64,000 nt of DNA from Oscillospiraceae bacterium (GTDB lineage: Bacteria; Bacillota; Clostridia; Oscillospirales; Ruminococcaceae), in the NCBI GenBank assembly GCA_024404875.1, contig JAKSPK010000003.1, forward strand, positions 16,497 to 80,496, read 5' to 3'. The translations under genes were made by a program, and so were the position numbers. Positions 8,345 to 17,626 of this stretch are shown here, one piece after another; the first letter of the stretch is position 1, and each line of letters begins with the position of its first letter. The notes below the pieces were generated by a model. The model made no database searches. It saw only the letters and a list, made by a program, of their open reading frames with translations, and was not told the DNA's origin.

Positions 8345-9520
8345 TTACAATGCAGCGAGATACGCCGCAGCCTTTGTAACGGTCTCTCTTGTGCCGAATG
8401 ACGAGAACCGCAGCCAGCCCTGACCGGCTTTACCGAAGCCGGCGCCCGGTGTTCCGGCAATGCCGAAGCTGTTCAGCAGATAATCGAAGTATTCCCACGA
8501 ATCAGCACCGTCGGGGCACTGCATCCAGACATACGGCGCATTCTCGCCGCCGACAGAATGAATACCCGCTTTTGTCAGCGCAGCCTTGATGATCCGCGCA
8601 TTCTCCATGTAATAATCAATATCCTCATGAACGGCACGCAGACCCTCGTCTGTGAAAACCTTTGCAGCGGCGCGCTGAATAATATATGAAGTACCGTTGT
8701 ATTTTGTCGCCATGCGGCGGAACCACATATCATGCAGCGATGCGCCGTCAAATTGAAGTGTGCGCGGAACAACCGTCCAGCCGCAGCGGACACCGGTGAA
8801 GCCTGCCGTTTTCGAGAGTGAATTGATCTCGATCGCGCAGGTCTCCGCGCCGTCGATTTCAAAAATGCTGTGCGGCAGTTCGGGATCACGAATATACGCT
8901 TCATATGCTGCATCGAACAAGATCAGCGCGCCATTATCCTTTGCATATGCGATCCATTTCGCAAGCTGATCTTTCGTATAGACTGCGCCGGTCGGATTGT
9001 TCGGCGAACAGAGATAAATGATATCCGCATGAACTGCTGCATCAGGCATCGGCAGGAATCCGTTTTCCTTTGAGCCGCACGCGAAGATTACGCGCCGCCC
9101 CGCCATGATGCTTGTATCGTAATAGACCGGATAAACCGGATCCGGCAGCAGTACCGTGTTGTCTGAATCAAACAGATCACAGAGATTGCCGAGGTCGCAT
9201 TTGGCACCATCGCTGATGAACACATCTGCTGCATCAACCTTTATGCCGCGCTTCTGATAATATCCGGCGATTGTTTCCCGCAGGAACGGCTCGCCCTGCT
9301 CAGCACCGTAGCCGTGAAATGTCTCCGCATGAGACATATCTTCGGCGGCGGCTTTCATTTCATCAGTGATGATCGCTGCGAGCGGGCGCGTGACATCACC
9401 GATACTCAGCTTTAACAGCTCACGCTCAGGATGCGCCGCCTGAAAAGCGGAGATACGCTTTGCAACCTCCGAAAATAAATAATTCTGCTCCAATTCGAGC
9501 GCATGATGATTGACTTTCAT
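8345..9520 (-). CDS. dapL: LL-diaminopimelate aminotransferase
   Basis: MKVNHHALELEQNYLFSEVAKRISAFQAAHPERELLKLSIGDVTRPL is a typical DapL N-terminus. The ATG at 9520 sits 1 nt after the upstream TAA and is preceded by GAGGTG; the track's upstream extension to 9562 is rejected. Confidence 0.9.
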   Translation of the reverse strand: MKVNHHALELEQNYLFSEVAKRISAFQAAHPERELLKLSIGDVTRPLAAIITDEMKAAAEDMSHAETFHGYGAEQGEPFLRETIAGYYQKRGIKVDAADVFISDGAKCDLGNLCDLFDSDNTVLLPDPVYPVYYDTSIMAGRRVIFACGSKENGFLPMPDAAVHADIIYLCSPNNPTGAVYTKDQLAKWIAYAKDNGALILFDAAYEAYIRDPELPHSIFEIDGAETCAIEINSLSKTAGFTGVRCGWTVVPRTLQFDGASLHDMWFRRMATKYNGTSYIIQRAAAKVFTDEGLRAVHEDIDYYMENARIIKAALTKAGIHSVGGENAPYVWMQCPDGADSWEYFDYLLNSFGIAGTPGAGFGKAGQGWLRFSSFGTRETVTKAAAYLAAL

Positions 9521-9521
9521 A

Positions 9522-12500
9522 TTACACCTCAATTTCTCCGCTGAATACCAGAACCGCATCACCGGTCATATAAACAGCATCCTCTGTATAACGGATCACG
9601 AGATCGCCGCCGTTCAGATGAACTGTGACTTCCGTATCCGGTTCGCAATATCCGTTTCTGACTGCTGCTGCCGCCGCTGCACAGGCACCCGTTCCACAGG
9701 CCATCGTCTCACCGGATCCGCGTTCCCAAACGCGCATCCGCAGCGTATGAGCGTCGATAACCTGCACAAATTCTGTATTGACCTGCTCCGGGAAAACAGG
9801 ATGATGCTCGAACTCCGGCCCGACCGTTTCAAGATCGACCGCCCCGGCATTGAAAACAACACAGTGCGGATTGCCCATTGACACGCAGGTGACAGTGTAT
9901 TCTTTGCCGGCAGCTGTCAGCGGCTGCGCGATTACTTCCGGCAGTTCACTCTTCACGGGAATCTGGGCAGCATCAAAAATCGCTCTGCCCATATTGACCG
10001 CAGCAGATGTGACAACACCGTTCTGCGTCGTGACCGTAACTGTGCGAAGACCGCTTTTCGTCTCGATCATGATATCCTTTTTTGTGCAGATGCCGAAATC
10101 GTAAAGATATTTCGCGACACAGCGGATCGCATTGCCGCACATATTTCCCTCGCTGCCGTCGAGATTGAACATCCGCATTCTCGCGTCTGCAATTTCCGAG
10201 GATTCGATCAGAACCAATCCGTCACCGCCGATTCCAAAATGTCGGTCGGATAGCTGAACGGCAAGCGACTCCGGCGCAGATACGCGCTTTTCCATGCAAT
10301 TCACATAAATATAATCATTGCCGCAGCCCTGCATTTTCACAAAGGGAATGCGTCGCTTGGCTGTTCGCAGATGATTCATATTCATCAGTTCCACATTGGA
10401 ATCCCGATACCCGGTGTGCAGGCAGTTTGCAACAGCTGCCGCAGTATCAGTACATGTCAGACAAGGAATGCCGAGCGCAACCGCTTTCTTCCGGATCTTC
10501 GCTCCGTCGCGGGCAGCCATACGCGCATTTGCATCTGTTGAGACAATATAGCGGATCGTTCCATTCTCCATGAGATCGAAGGTCTCCGTATCGCCGGTGT
10601 GCAGCTTGCGCAGCATATGGACGGATAAGCCCGCGGAACGCAGTGCATCTGCGGTTCCCTCCGTTGCAAACAATTTGAAATCAAGCCGTGCAAATTTCCG
10701 TGCAATTTCGATGATATCCGGCTTGTCCGCGTCACACACCGTGAGCAGAACGCCGTTCTGATTTTTGCCGCTGTCCTCAAGCCGGTAACCGGCCGCACGA
10801 AGTCCTTTGTAAAGTGCTTCGGTCAGCGTTTTACCGATGCCGATGACCTCACCGGTCGATTTCATTTCCGGTCCGAGCATGGATTCGCCGCCAATTTTCT
10901 GGAATGAAAATACCGGTACTTTGACGGCGGTAAAGGGCGGTGTTTTGTAATAGCCCGTGCCGTATTCCATGGCCGCAAGTTTCTCGCCGAGACAGACACG
11001 CATTGCACAGTCGCAGAGCGGCAGACCGGTCAGCTTGCTCATGAACGGGACTGTTCGCGATGCACGCGGATTCACTTCGATCACATAGAGTGACTGCCCT
11101 TTGACGATATATTGCAAATTGATGAGTCCGACTGCATGCAGGCCGAGACAGATCTTTTTTGTATCCGTGAGAATCTTTTTCCGCATATCATCATCGATAT
11201 GCACCGGCGGACAGATCGCAATCGAGTCGCCGGAATGTACGCCCGTACGCTCAATATGCTCCATGATGCCGGGGATCAGAATATCCTTGCCATCACAGAT
11301 CGCATCAACTTCGATCTCTGTGCCGCGGATATACTGATCGATCAGCACAGGATTATCAATGCCGTCTGCAAGAATATTCTGCATGAATGCTTTGACATTG
11401 TCCGCATCAAATGCGATGTTCATATTTTGTCCGCCCAGCACATAGGAAGGGCGTACCAGAACCGGCAGACCGAGCTTTTTGACGGCCTCATCTGCTTCCT
11501 CGAGCGTATTGACAGTACAGCCGCGAGGCCGTTCGATCTCAAGCGACTCCAGCAGTGCGTCAAAGCGTTCGCGGTCTTCCGCGAGGTCAATGCTGTCCGC
11601 CGTTGCGCCGAGCAGCCGATAGCCTGCTTCCTCAATCACCCGTGCAAGCCGGATCGCTGTCTGTCCGCCGAATGCCGTGACCACGCCAACAGGCTTTTCC
11701 AGTGCAAGGATAGAGAGCACATCCTCCGGCGTCAGCGGCTCAAAATACAGCCGGTCAGCCGTATCAAAATCCGTCGAAACAGTCTCCGGATTATTGTTAA
11801 TCAGCACAACCTCATAGCCTGCACTTTTTAGTATCTGCACACAGTGAACTGCCGAATAATCGAACTCGATGCCCTGTCCGATTCGGATCGGCCCGCTGCC
11901 CAAAACGACAACGGTCTGATGCGGTTTTCCGGCAAGAAACAGAGCTGCTTCATCGGCTTCCGGTGTTGCATCCGGATTGCAGACGCCATAAAAATACGGT
12001 GTTTCTGCTGCAAATTCGCCCGCGCAGGTATCAACCATACGATAGATCGGACGATACTTTTTCTGCGGCAGGCCGCATCCGGAAAACGCTGCAATCGTAT
12101 CATCCGGATAGCCGAATCGCTTGGCAGTCCGATAAAGATCATCGGTCAGCGGTGCATTTTCCAGGCTGTTCTCGCAGACAACGAGATCGTGGATCTTATG
12201 CAGAAACCAAGTGTCGATTTTCGATAATGCGTGAATTTCATCTGCTGTCATTCCGCGCCTGAACGCCTCTGCTGCTGCAAACAAGCGTACATCATCCGCA
12301 TGAACCAAATGCTCATGCAATTCGCTGTCAGAGACATTGCGCAGCGCCCGCACGAGCAGCGCACTATGCTTGACTTCAGCGCCGCGCAGTGCTTTCAGCA
12401 GCGCAGATTCAAAGCTGTCGGAGATGGCCATGACCTCTCCGGTCGCTTTCATCTGCGTGCCAAGCTGATGTGACGACCCTGAAAATTTCTCGAACGGAAA

Positions 12501-13577
12501 CTTCGGCATCTTCACAGCTACATAATCCAAAGCAGGCTCAAATGCAGCGGATGTCTTGCCGGTCACTTTATTCGCGATTTCGTACAGTCTGTAGCCAACC
12601 GCAATCTTTGCGGCAACCTTGGCGATCGGATAACCCGTTGCTTTGGATGCAAGTGCTGATGAGCGGGATACACGCGGATTCACCTCAATGACGGCATATT
12701 CAAACGAATCCGGATTGAGTGCGAACTGACAGTTGCATCCGCCCTCAATTTTCAGAACCTCCGCGATTTTTAACGCAGCAGTCCGCAGCATCTGGTACTC
12801 TTTGTCTGCAAGCGTGACTGCCGGCGCAATTACAATACTGTCGCCCGTATGAATGCCGACCGGATCGAAGTTTTCCATCGAACAGACTGTGATTTTATTA
12901 CCGTCCGCATCTCGCACGATCTCAAACTCGATCTCCTTCCAGCCTGCGATGCACCGCTCCACCAGGATCTGATGAATCGGTGAAAGCCGCAGACCGTTTT
13001 CCGCGATCCGCTCCAAATCATCCGGCGTTTCCGCGATGCCGCCGCCGGTGCCTCCGAGCGTAAATGCCGGGCGGATAATGACCGGATAACCGATCTCCTC
13101 TGCAATGCTGCGTGCGGTCTCCATGTCCTCGGCAATACCGGACGGAACGCATGGCTGTCCGATCGAATCCATTGTTTCCTTGAACAGCTTGCGGTCTTCA
13201 GCACGCGCGATTGTCTCCGGATCAGCGCCAAGCAGCCGGATTCCGTTTTCTGCGAGAAATCCGCTTTCCGCGAGCTCCGCGCAAAGGTTTAATCCTGTCT
13301 GTCCGCCAAGACCGGAAAGGATGCTGTCCGGCTTTTCCTTGAGACAAATACGCTTGATGACCTCCGTTTTCAAAGGTTCCATATAGATCTGATCAGCAAT
13401 CCGTGTATCAGTCATGATCGTGGCCGGATTGGAATTGACCAGCACAACCTCGATCCCTTCCTCTTTCAGAGCACGACAAGCCTGTGTACCGGAATAGTCA
13501 AATTCCGCAGCCTGCCCAATGACGATCGGCCCGGAGCCGATGACAAGAACCTTATGAATATCCTGATTCAGCGGCAT
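9522..13577 (-). CDS. carB: Carbamoyl-phosphate synthase large subunit fused in frame to diaminopimelate epimerase (CarB-DapF)
   Basis: One 1351-aa ORF. The first ~1070 aa are a complete CarB: two ATP-grasp halves and an MGS-like allosteric domain ending ...NVELMNMNHL. The last 276 aa (9525-10352) are a complete DapF with both catalytic Cys motifs (GNMCGNAIRC and ETMACGTGACAA). There is no stop and no SD at the junction. Confidence 0.85.
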   Translation of the reverse strand: MPLNQDIHKVLVIGSGPIVIGQAAEFDYSGTQACRALKEEGIEVVLVNSNPATIMTDTRIADQIYMEPLKTEVIKRICLKEKPDSILSGLGGQTGLNLCAELAESGFLAENGIRLLGADPETIARAEDRKLFKETMDSIGQPCVPSGIAEDMETARSIAEEIGYPVIIRPAFTLGGTGGGIAETPDDLERIAENGLRLSPIHQILVERCIAGWKEIEFEIVRDADGNKITVCSMENFDPVGIHTGDSIVIAPAVTLADKEYQMLRTAALKIAEVLKIEGGCNCQFALNPDSFEYAVIEVNPRVSRSSALASKATGYPIAKVAAKIAVGYRLYEIANKVTGKTSAAFEPALDYVAVKMPKFPFEKFSGSSHQLGTQMKATGEVMAISDSFESALLKALRGAEVKHSALLVRALRNVSDSELHEHLVHADDVRLFAAAEAFRRGMTADEIHALSKIDTWFLHKIHDLVVCENSLENAPLTDDLYRTAKRFGYPDDTIAAFSGCGLPQKKYRPIYRMVDTCAGEFAAETPYFYGVCNPDATPEADEAALFLAGKPHQTVVVLGSGPIRIGQGIEFDYSAVHCVQILKSAGYEVVLINNNPETVSTDFDTADRLYFEPLTPEDVLSILALEKPVGVVTAFGGQTAIRLARVIEEAGYRLLGATADSIDLAEDRERFDALLESLEIERPRGCTVNTLEEADEAVKKLGLPVLVRPSYVLGGQNMNIAFDADNVKAFMQNILADGIDNPVLIDQYIRGTEIEVDAICDGKDILIPGIMEHIERTGVHSGDSIAICPPVHIDDDMRKKILTDTKKICLGLHAVGLINLQYIVKGQSLYVIEVNPRASRTVPFMSKLTGLPLCDCAMRVCLGEKLAAMEYGTGYYKTPPFTAVKVPVFSFQKIGGESMLGPEMKSTGEVIGIGKTLTEALYKGLRAAGYRLEDSGKNQNGVLLTVCDADKPDIIEIARKFARLDFKLFATEGTADALRSAGLSVHMLRKLHTGDTETFDLMENGTIRYIVSTDANARMAARDGAKIRKKAVALGIPCLTCTDTAAAVANCLHTGYRDSNVELMNMNHLRTAKRRIPFVKMQGCGNDYIYVNCMEKRVSAPESLAVQLSDRHFGIGGDGLVLIESSEIADARMRMFNLDGSEGNMCGNAIRCVAKYLYDFGICTKKDIMIETKSGLRTVTVTTQNGVVTSAAVNMGRAIFDAAQIPVKSELPEVIAQPLTAAGKEYTVTCVSMGNPHCVVFNAGAVDLETVGPEFEHHPVFPEQVNTEFVQVIDAHTLRMRVWERGSGETMACGTGACAAAAAAVRNGYCEPDTEVTVHLNGGDLVIRYTEDAVYMTGDAVLVFSGEIEV

Positions 13578-14662
13578 TTCTGCACCTCCATCATCTGAAC
13601 GAATTCATCAAAAATGAAAGCCGTATCCTGCGGGCCGGCACAGGCCTCCGGATGAAACTGCACGGATATGGCAGGGAAATTGCGGTAGCGCAATCCCTCA
13701 CAGGTATTGTCATTGAGGTTGACATAGAGCAGGTCGGCTTTCTTGCTGCAGTGCGGATCATCTGTATTATACTGCACCTGATATCCGTGATTCTGTGTCG
13801 TGATGGCCATGCGCTTCGTTTCAAGATTCAGAACCGGCTGATTCGCGCCGCGGTGACCAAACTTCATCTTTGCGGTCGTGATTCCGTTCGCGAGCGCCAG
13901 CAGCTGATGTCCGAGACAGATTGCCATAATCGGAATACCGAGCGTAATGATTTTTTGCAGCTCAGCGATAATCTCCGGATTATCTGCCGGATCTCCTGCT
14001 CCGTTGGATAGCATGATGCCGTCCGGATGCAGATTCGCAATATCCTCACATTTTGTATATGCGGGCACCACTGTAACACGGCATCCGCGTTCTGAAAGTG
14101 ACCGCGCGATATTTGCCTTTGCGCCGATGTCCAGCAGCACGACATGATACGGTGCATTGACATCGCCAATCGTATATGCATTCTCACAAGTCGTGTGCTT
14201 TACCGCATCAGTGACACGATATGCTCGTATCTTCGACATATCCGCCTGTTCCGGCGAATCGCAGATCATACCGTTCATCGTTCCGTGATCGCGCAGCACT
14301 CTGGTAAGTGTACGGGTATCCACACTCGTAAGAATGGGAATATTTTGCGCTGTCAGCCAATCAGCAAGCCGGCCTTCGCTCCGAAAGTTCGATGGATTCA
14401 TGCAAATCTCCGAAGCAATATAAGCAGATAAATGCGGTTTAACTGATTCAAAATCTTCAGGTATCACGCCATAGTTTCCAATCAGCGGAAAGGTCTGCAC
14501 GACCGCCTGACCGTAATAGCTCGGATCAGTCAGCGTCTCCAGATATCCGTTCATACCGGTCGCAAAAACGATTTCCGCCGTCACATTGTTCCGTGCGCCA
14601 AGCCGTTTTCCGCGGAATATCATACCGTTTTCCAATACAAGACAGCCCTCAGTTGCATCCAT
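13568..14662 (-). CDS. carA: Carbamoyl-phosphate synthase small (glutamine amidotransferase) subunit
   Basis: 364 aa with the triad Cys motif ICLGHQLLALANG and HRGANQPV. It overlaps the carB start by 10 nt. Confidence 0.92.
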   Translation of the reverse strand: MDATEGCLVLENGMIFRGKRLGARNNVTAEIVFATGMNGYLETLTDPSYYGQAVVQTFPLIGNYGVIPEDFESVKPHLSAYIASEICMNPSNFRSEGRLADWLTAQNIPILTSVDTRTLTRVLRDHGTMNGMICDSPEQADMSKIRAYRVTDAVKHTTCENAYTIGDVNAPYHVVLLDIGAKANIARSLSERGCRVTVVPAYTKCEDIANLHPDGIMLSNGAGDPADNPEIIAELQKIITLGIPIMAICLGHQLLALANGITTAKMKFGHRGANQPVLNLETKRMAITTQNHGYQVQYNTDDPHCSKKADLLYVNLNDNTCEGLRYRNFPAISVQFHPEACAGPQDTAFIFDEFVQMMEVQKCR

Positions 14663-14697
14663 GTTTCATTTCCTCACTTCCGAAATTTACACGGCAA

Positions 14698-14722
14698 GCC
14701 GCACTGCGTTTTGCAATGCGGC
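14698..14722 (-). terminator. Hairpin between glnN and carA (weak terminator or processing site)
   Basis: The minus strand reads GCCGCATTGCaaaaGCAGTGCGGC, followed by TTGCCGTGTAAATTT. The U-tract is poor, so read-through into carA is likely. Confidence 0.35.
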
Positions 14723-14742
14723 ACCGCTATAATTATTATTAA

Positions 14743-16812
14743 TCAAACACTGTAAAGCAGATCTGCATAGGTGGGGAAGGGCTGATATTCCTTTGCTGTC
14801 AGCGGTTCAAGCTGATCGGCAGCGGCACGCAGCTCATTCATTGCAGGAATGATCGTGTCACGGCAGTAGTACGACGGATGCTCGTTATCAAAGAGTCCGA
14901 TCATCACGTTTTCAAGTGCTTCAGTCTTTGCCGCGATCTCGTCGGTCAGCGCGCTGACTCTCCGCAGCAGATCGGTCTCGGCCAAGCCCTGCACACCGAG
15001 CTCCTTTTTCTTCATCGCATAATCCGCAAGTGCCTCACCGTACCGGAAGCCCGCCGGAATGATCTGCGTACGAGCCATGTCGATCATCGTATTTGCTTCA
15101 ATCACAATGAGCTTCGTGTAGTTCTCAAGCAGAATATCCTTACGAGAAACGACTTCGCTGTGATTGTAAACGCCGAACCGCTTGAAGAGTGCAACATTCT
15201 TTTCAGTAGCAAATGCATGCATCGCGTCGGCTGTTGTGCGGAGATTGAGCAGACCGCGGCGCTCTGCCTCTGCAACCCATTCCTGCGAATAGTTGTTGCC
15301 GTTGAAAATGATGCGGCCATGTGTTTTCAGTGTATCCGAGAGGATTTTCTGTACTGCCTCTGCAACATCCTCTGCGCCCTCCAGACGATCAGCAAAATTG
15401 CAAAGAGCTTCTGCAAAGATCGTATTCAGCGCAATATTTGTATCAGCGATGGAGTTCTCCGAGCCGAGCATACGGAACTCAAACTTATTGCCGGTGAAAG
15501 CCATCGGTGAAGTACGGTTGCGGTCTGAGGTGTCCTTCTTGAAATCGGGGAGAACATGAACGCCGGTCATCAGGGTTTCGTGGTGCTTCTGCTCATCGCG
15601 GCCCTCAGCGGCTGCTTCGAGCTGGAGCTGGAGGTCATCTCCAAGATATACCGAAACGATCGCAGGCGGTGCTTCATTTGCGCCAAGACGGTGGTCGTTT
15701 CCAGCGGATGCAACCGACATTCTCAGCAGATCCTGATGCTCATCTACAGCAGCAACAACCGCTGCAACCATCAGCAGGAACAGTCTTTTGCGCTCCGGCG
15801 TTTTGCCCGGTGCAAAGAGGTTGATGCCGGTATCGGTCGAGAGCGACCAGTTATTGTGCTTGCCGCTGCCATTGACACCTGCGAACGGTTTTTCATGCAG
15901 CAGGCACATCAGTCCGTGGCGTTCCGCGACCTTCTTCATGATCTCCATTGTGAGCTGGTTGTGGTCGCAGGCGAGGTTCATAGTCGTATAAACAGGTGCA
16001 AGCTCATGCTGTGCAGGAGCGACCTCATTATGCTCTGTCTTCGCGTAGATGCCGAGCTTCCAAAGTTCCTCGTTCAGATCCTTCATGAAAGCCTGTACAC
16101 GCGGCCGGATCACGCCGAAATAATGATCCTCCATCTCCTGACCTTTCGGTGCTTTTGCTCCGAACAGTGTTCTGCCGGTAAAGAGGATATCCTTGCGCTG
16201 CTTCGCGATTTCGCGGTCGATAAGGAAGTATTCCTGCTCCGGACCGACCGTTCCGCTGACGCGCTTCACATCGTCAAAGCCCAGCAGATGCAGCACCTTG
16301 ACTGCCTGCTCGCTGACGGCTTCCATAGAACGCAGCAGCGGCGTTTTCTTATCAAGTGCCTCACCGCTGTAGGAATAAAATGCAGTCGGGATGCACAGGC
16401 TGTTTTCCTTGATGAATGCATAGGATGTCGGGTCCCAGGCCGTATAGCCGCGTGCTTCAAAAGTTGCGCGGAGACCGCCCGACGGGAACGAAGATGCATC
16501 CGGTTCGCCCTTGATCAGCTCCTTGCCGGAAAATTCAAGAATCGCACCGCCATTTCCATCAGGGGAAAGGAAGCTGTCATGCTTCTCTGCGGTGATACCG
16601 GTCATCGGCTGGAACCAGTGCGTGTAATGCGTTGCGCCGTTTTCCACAGCCCATTCACGCATCGCGCTGGCGACCACATCCGCAACGGTCTGGTCAATGT
16701 CCTTGCCGTCCGCAATGGTCTCGTGCAGGGATTTGTAGACCGCTTTCGGCAGGCGCTCCTGCATTACGGCATCATTGAACACAAGTCTTCCGAATACATC
16801 AGTCGGTTTCAT
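14743..16812 (-). CDS. glnN: Glutamine synthetase type III
   Basis: 689 aa. The length and the N-terminus [29 protein letters not shown]...[12 protein letters not shown] are typical of GSIII. Confidence 0.9.
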   Translation of the reverse strand: MKPTDVFGRLVFNDAVMQERLPKAVYKSLHETIADGKDIDQTVADVVASAMREWAVENGATHYTHWFQPMTGITAEKHDSFLSPDGNGGAILEFSGKELIKGEPDASSFPSGGLRATFEARGYTAWDPTSYAFIKENSLCIPTAFYSYSGEALDKKTPLLRSMEAVSEQAVKVLHLLGFDDVKRVSGTVGPEQEYFLIDREIAKQRKDILFTGRTLFGAKAPKGQEMEDHYFGVIRPRVQAFMKDLNEELWKLGIYAKTEHNEVAPAQHELAPVYTTMNLACDHNQLTMEIMKKVAERHGLMCLLHEKPFAGVNGSGKHNNWSLSTDTGINLFAPGKTPERKRLFLLMVAAVVAAVDEHQDLLRMSVASAGNDHRLGANEAPPAIVSVYLGDDLQLQLEAAAEGRDEQKHHETLMTGVHVLPDFKKDTSDRNRTSPMAFTGNKFEFRMLGSENSIADTNIALNTIFAEALCNFADRLEGAEDVAEAVQKILSDTLKTHGRIIFNGNNYSQEWVAEAERRGLLNLRTTADAMHAFATEKNVALFKRFGVYNHSEVVSRKDILLENYTKLIVIEANTMIDMARTQIIPAGFRYGEALADYAMKKKELGVQGLAETDLLRRVSALTDEIAAKTEALENVMIGLFDNEHPSYYCRDTIIPAMNELRAAADQLEPLTAKEYQPFPTYADLLYSV

Positions 16813-16882
16813 AATCTTACATCCTTTCTGTATTTGGCATCTGTCCGAAATGCCGCTCTATGTATGACGGCATTCAGCAGAT

Positions 16883-16941
16883 AAACAAAAAAACAGCAAC
16901 GGCATCACGGGACTCATCCCGAAACAGCGCCGTTGCTGTTT
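16883..16941 (-). promoter_or_regulatory. Leader attenuator: intrinsic terminator overlapped by tandem small hairpins (ANTAR-target-like)
   Basis: The terminator is AACAGCAACGGC/GCCGTTGCTGTT (12 bp, perfect) plus T7. The alternative hairpins are CAGC-AACGGC-GCTG (16925-16938) and CGGG-ATGAGT-CCCG (16908-16921). Confidence 0.65.
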
Positions 16942-16951
16942 TCTGTATCAC

Positions 16952-16980
16952 ATCATAACACATTTTTTTGAATTTGTCAA
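16952..16980 (-). promoter_or_regulatory. Sigma-A-type promoter TTGACA-17-TATGAT (TGn extended -10) for glnN
   Basis: The minus strand reads TTGACAaattcaaaaaaatgtgtTATGAT. Confidence 0.65.
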
Positions 16981-16984
16981 TCAC

Positions 16985-17013
16985 TTGACAGAAAATTCAC
17001 AAAGTTTTACAAT
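16985..17013 (+). promoter_or_regulatory. Consensus promoter TTGACA-17-TACAAT pointing antisense into the ANTAR gene and glnA
   Basis: The plus strand reads TTGACAgaaaattcacaaagtttTACAAT. Its -35 box forms a palindrome (TGTCAA-tcac-TTGACA) with the -35 box of the glnN promoter. Confidence 0.4.
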
Positions 17014-17027
17014 CTGCCCATGAATTT

Positions 17028-17618
17028 TCATCGTTGCTCATAGGTTTTTAGGATATTTTCAGCAGCCGTCCGTTTTGAGATACGCTGATTCATTGCCTGC
17101 TGCTCAATGTATTTATGCGCCTGCTCCTCGGTCATTCCGAGATACTGAATAAGCGCATACTTTGCACGGTTGACAATGCGCAGATCGATGAGCTTGATCT
17201 GCAGGCGCTGGTTTTCCAGCAACAGAATCTGCGTTCTCGAATAGGCAGAGGCAGCATCATACAGCACCTGATGAAACGAAAAATGTGAGAACGGTCTGCC
17301 GAGCACAAAGATGCCGGCAGGTTCAAGCGACTGCCGGAACTCAGTCTCCTGTTCATTTTTTACGACAGCCACAACGGTCGAGGGGGTATTCTCTGCAAGA
17401 TCGCTTGCAAGCTCGGTGCCGCATTCATCAGCGAGTGGTATGTTGATAAGAACGACCGTACAGCGATTGCCCATCATTTTTTGACGTGCTTCCGTACAGG
17501 AGGCGGCACTGCCTGAGATCGTAAAGTCGCCATCCGGCAGGTTGTCCCGTACATAGCGATGAAAATTCTCGTTCGAGGAAATGACGAAAACCTCTTTCTG
17601 CTCCAAGCGTGTCAGCAT
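17028..17618 (-). CDS. ANTAR-domain RNA-binding antiterminator with degenerate receiver domain (NitR/AmiR-like)
   Basis: The C-terminus RAKYALIQYLGMTEEQAHKYIEQQAMNQRISKRTAAENIL is an ANTAR helix bundle. The ATG at 17618 has GGGGTG 8 nt upstream. The alternative GTG at 17630 overlaps the glnA stop (GTGA). Confidence 0.8.
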   Translation of the reverse strand: MLTRLEQKEVFVISSNENFHRYVRDNLPDGDFTISGSAASCTEARQKMMGNRCTVVLINIPLADECGTELASDLAENTPSTVVAVVKNEQETEFRQSLEPAGIFVLGRPFSHFSFHQVLYDAASAYSRTQILLLENQRLQIKLIDLRIVNRAKYALIQYLGMTEEQAHKYIEQQAMNQRISKRTAAENILKTYEQR

Positions 17619-17626
17619 GACCGGTG

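Noticed and set aside
15556-16884. 442-aa plus-strand ORF
   Set aside because: It is antisense to glnN, whose GSIII identity is unambiguous. There is no SD, and the composition is typical of a reverse-frame artefact.
16975-16990. TGTCAATCACTTGACA as a GlnR/TnrA operator
   Set aside because: The established GlnR/TnrA site is TGTNA-N7-TNACA (17 nt). This palindrome has a 6-nt spacer (16 nt). It is kept only as a generic palindrome in the findings.
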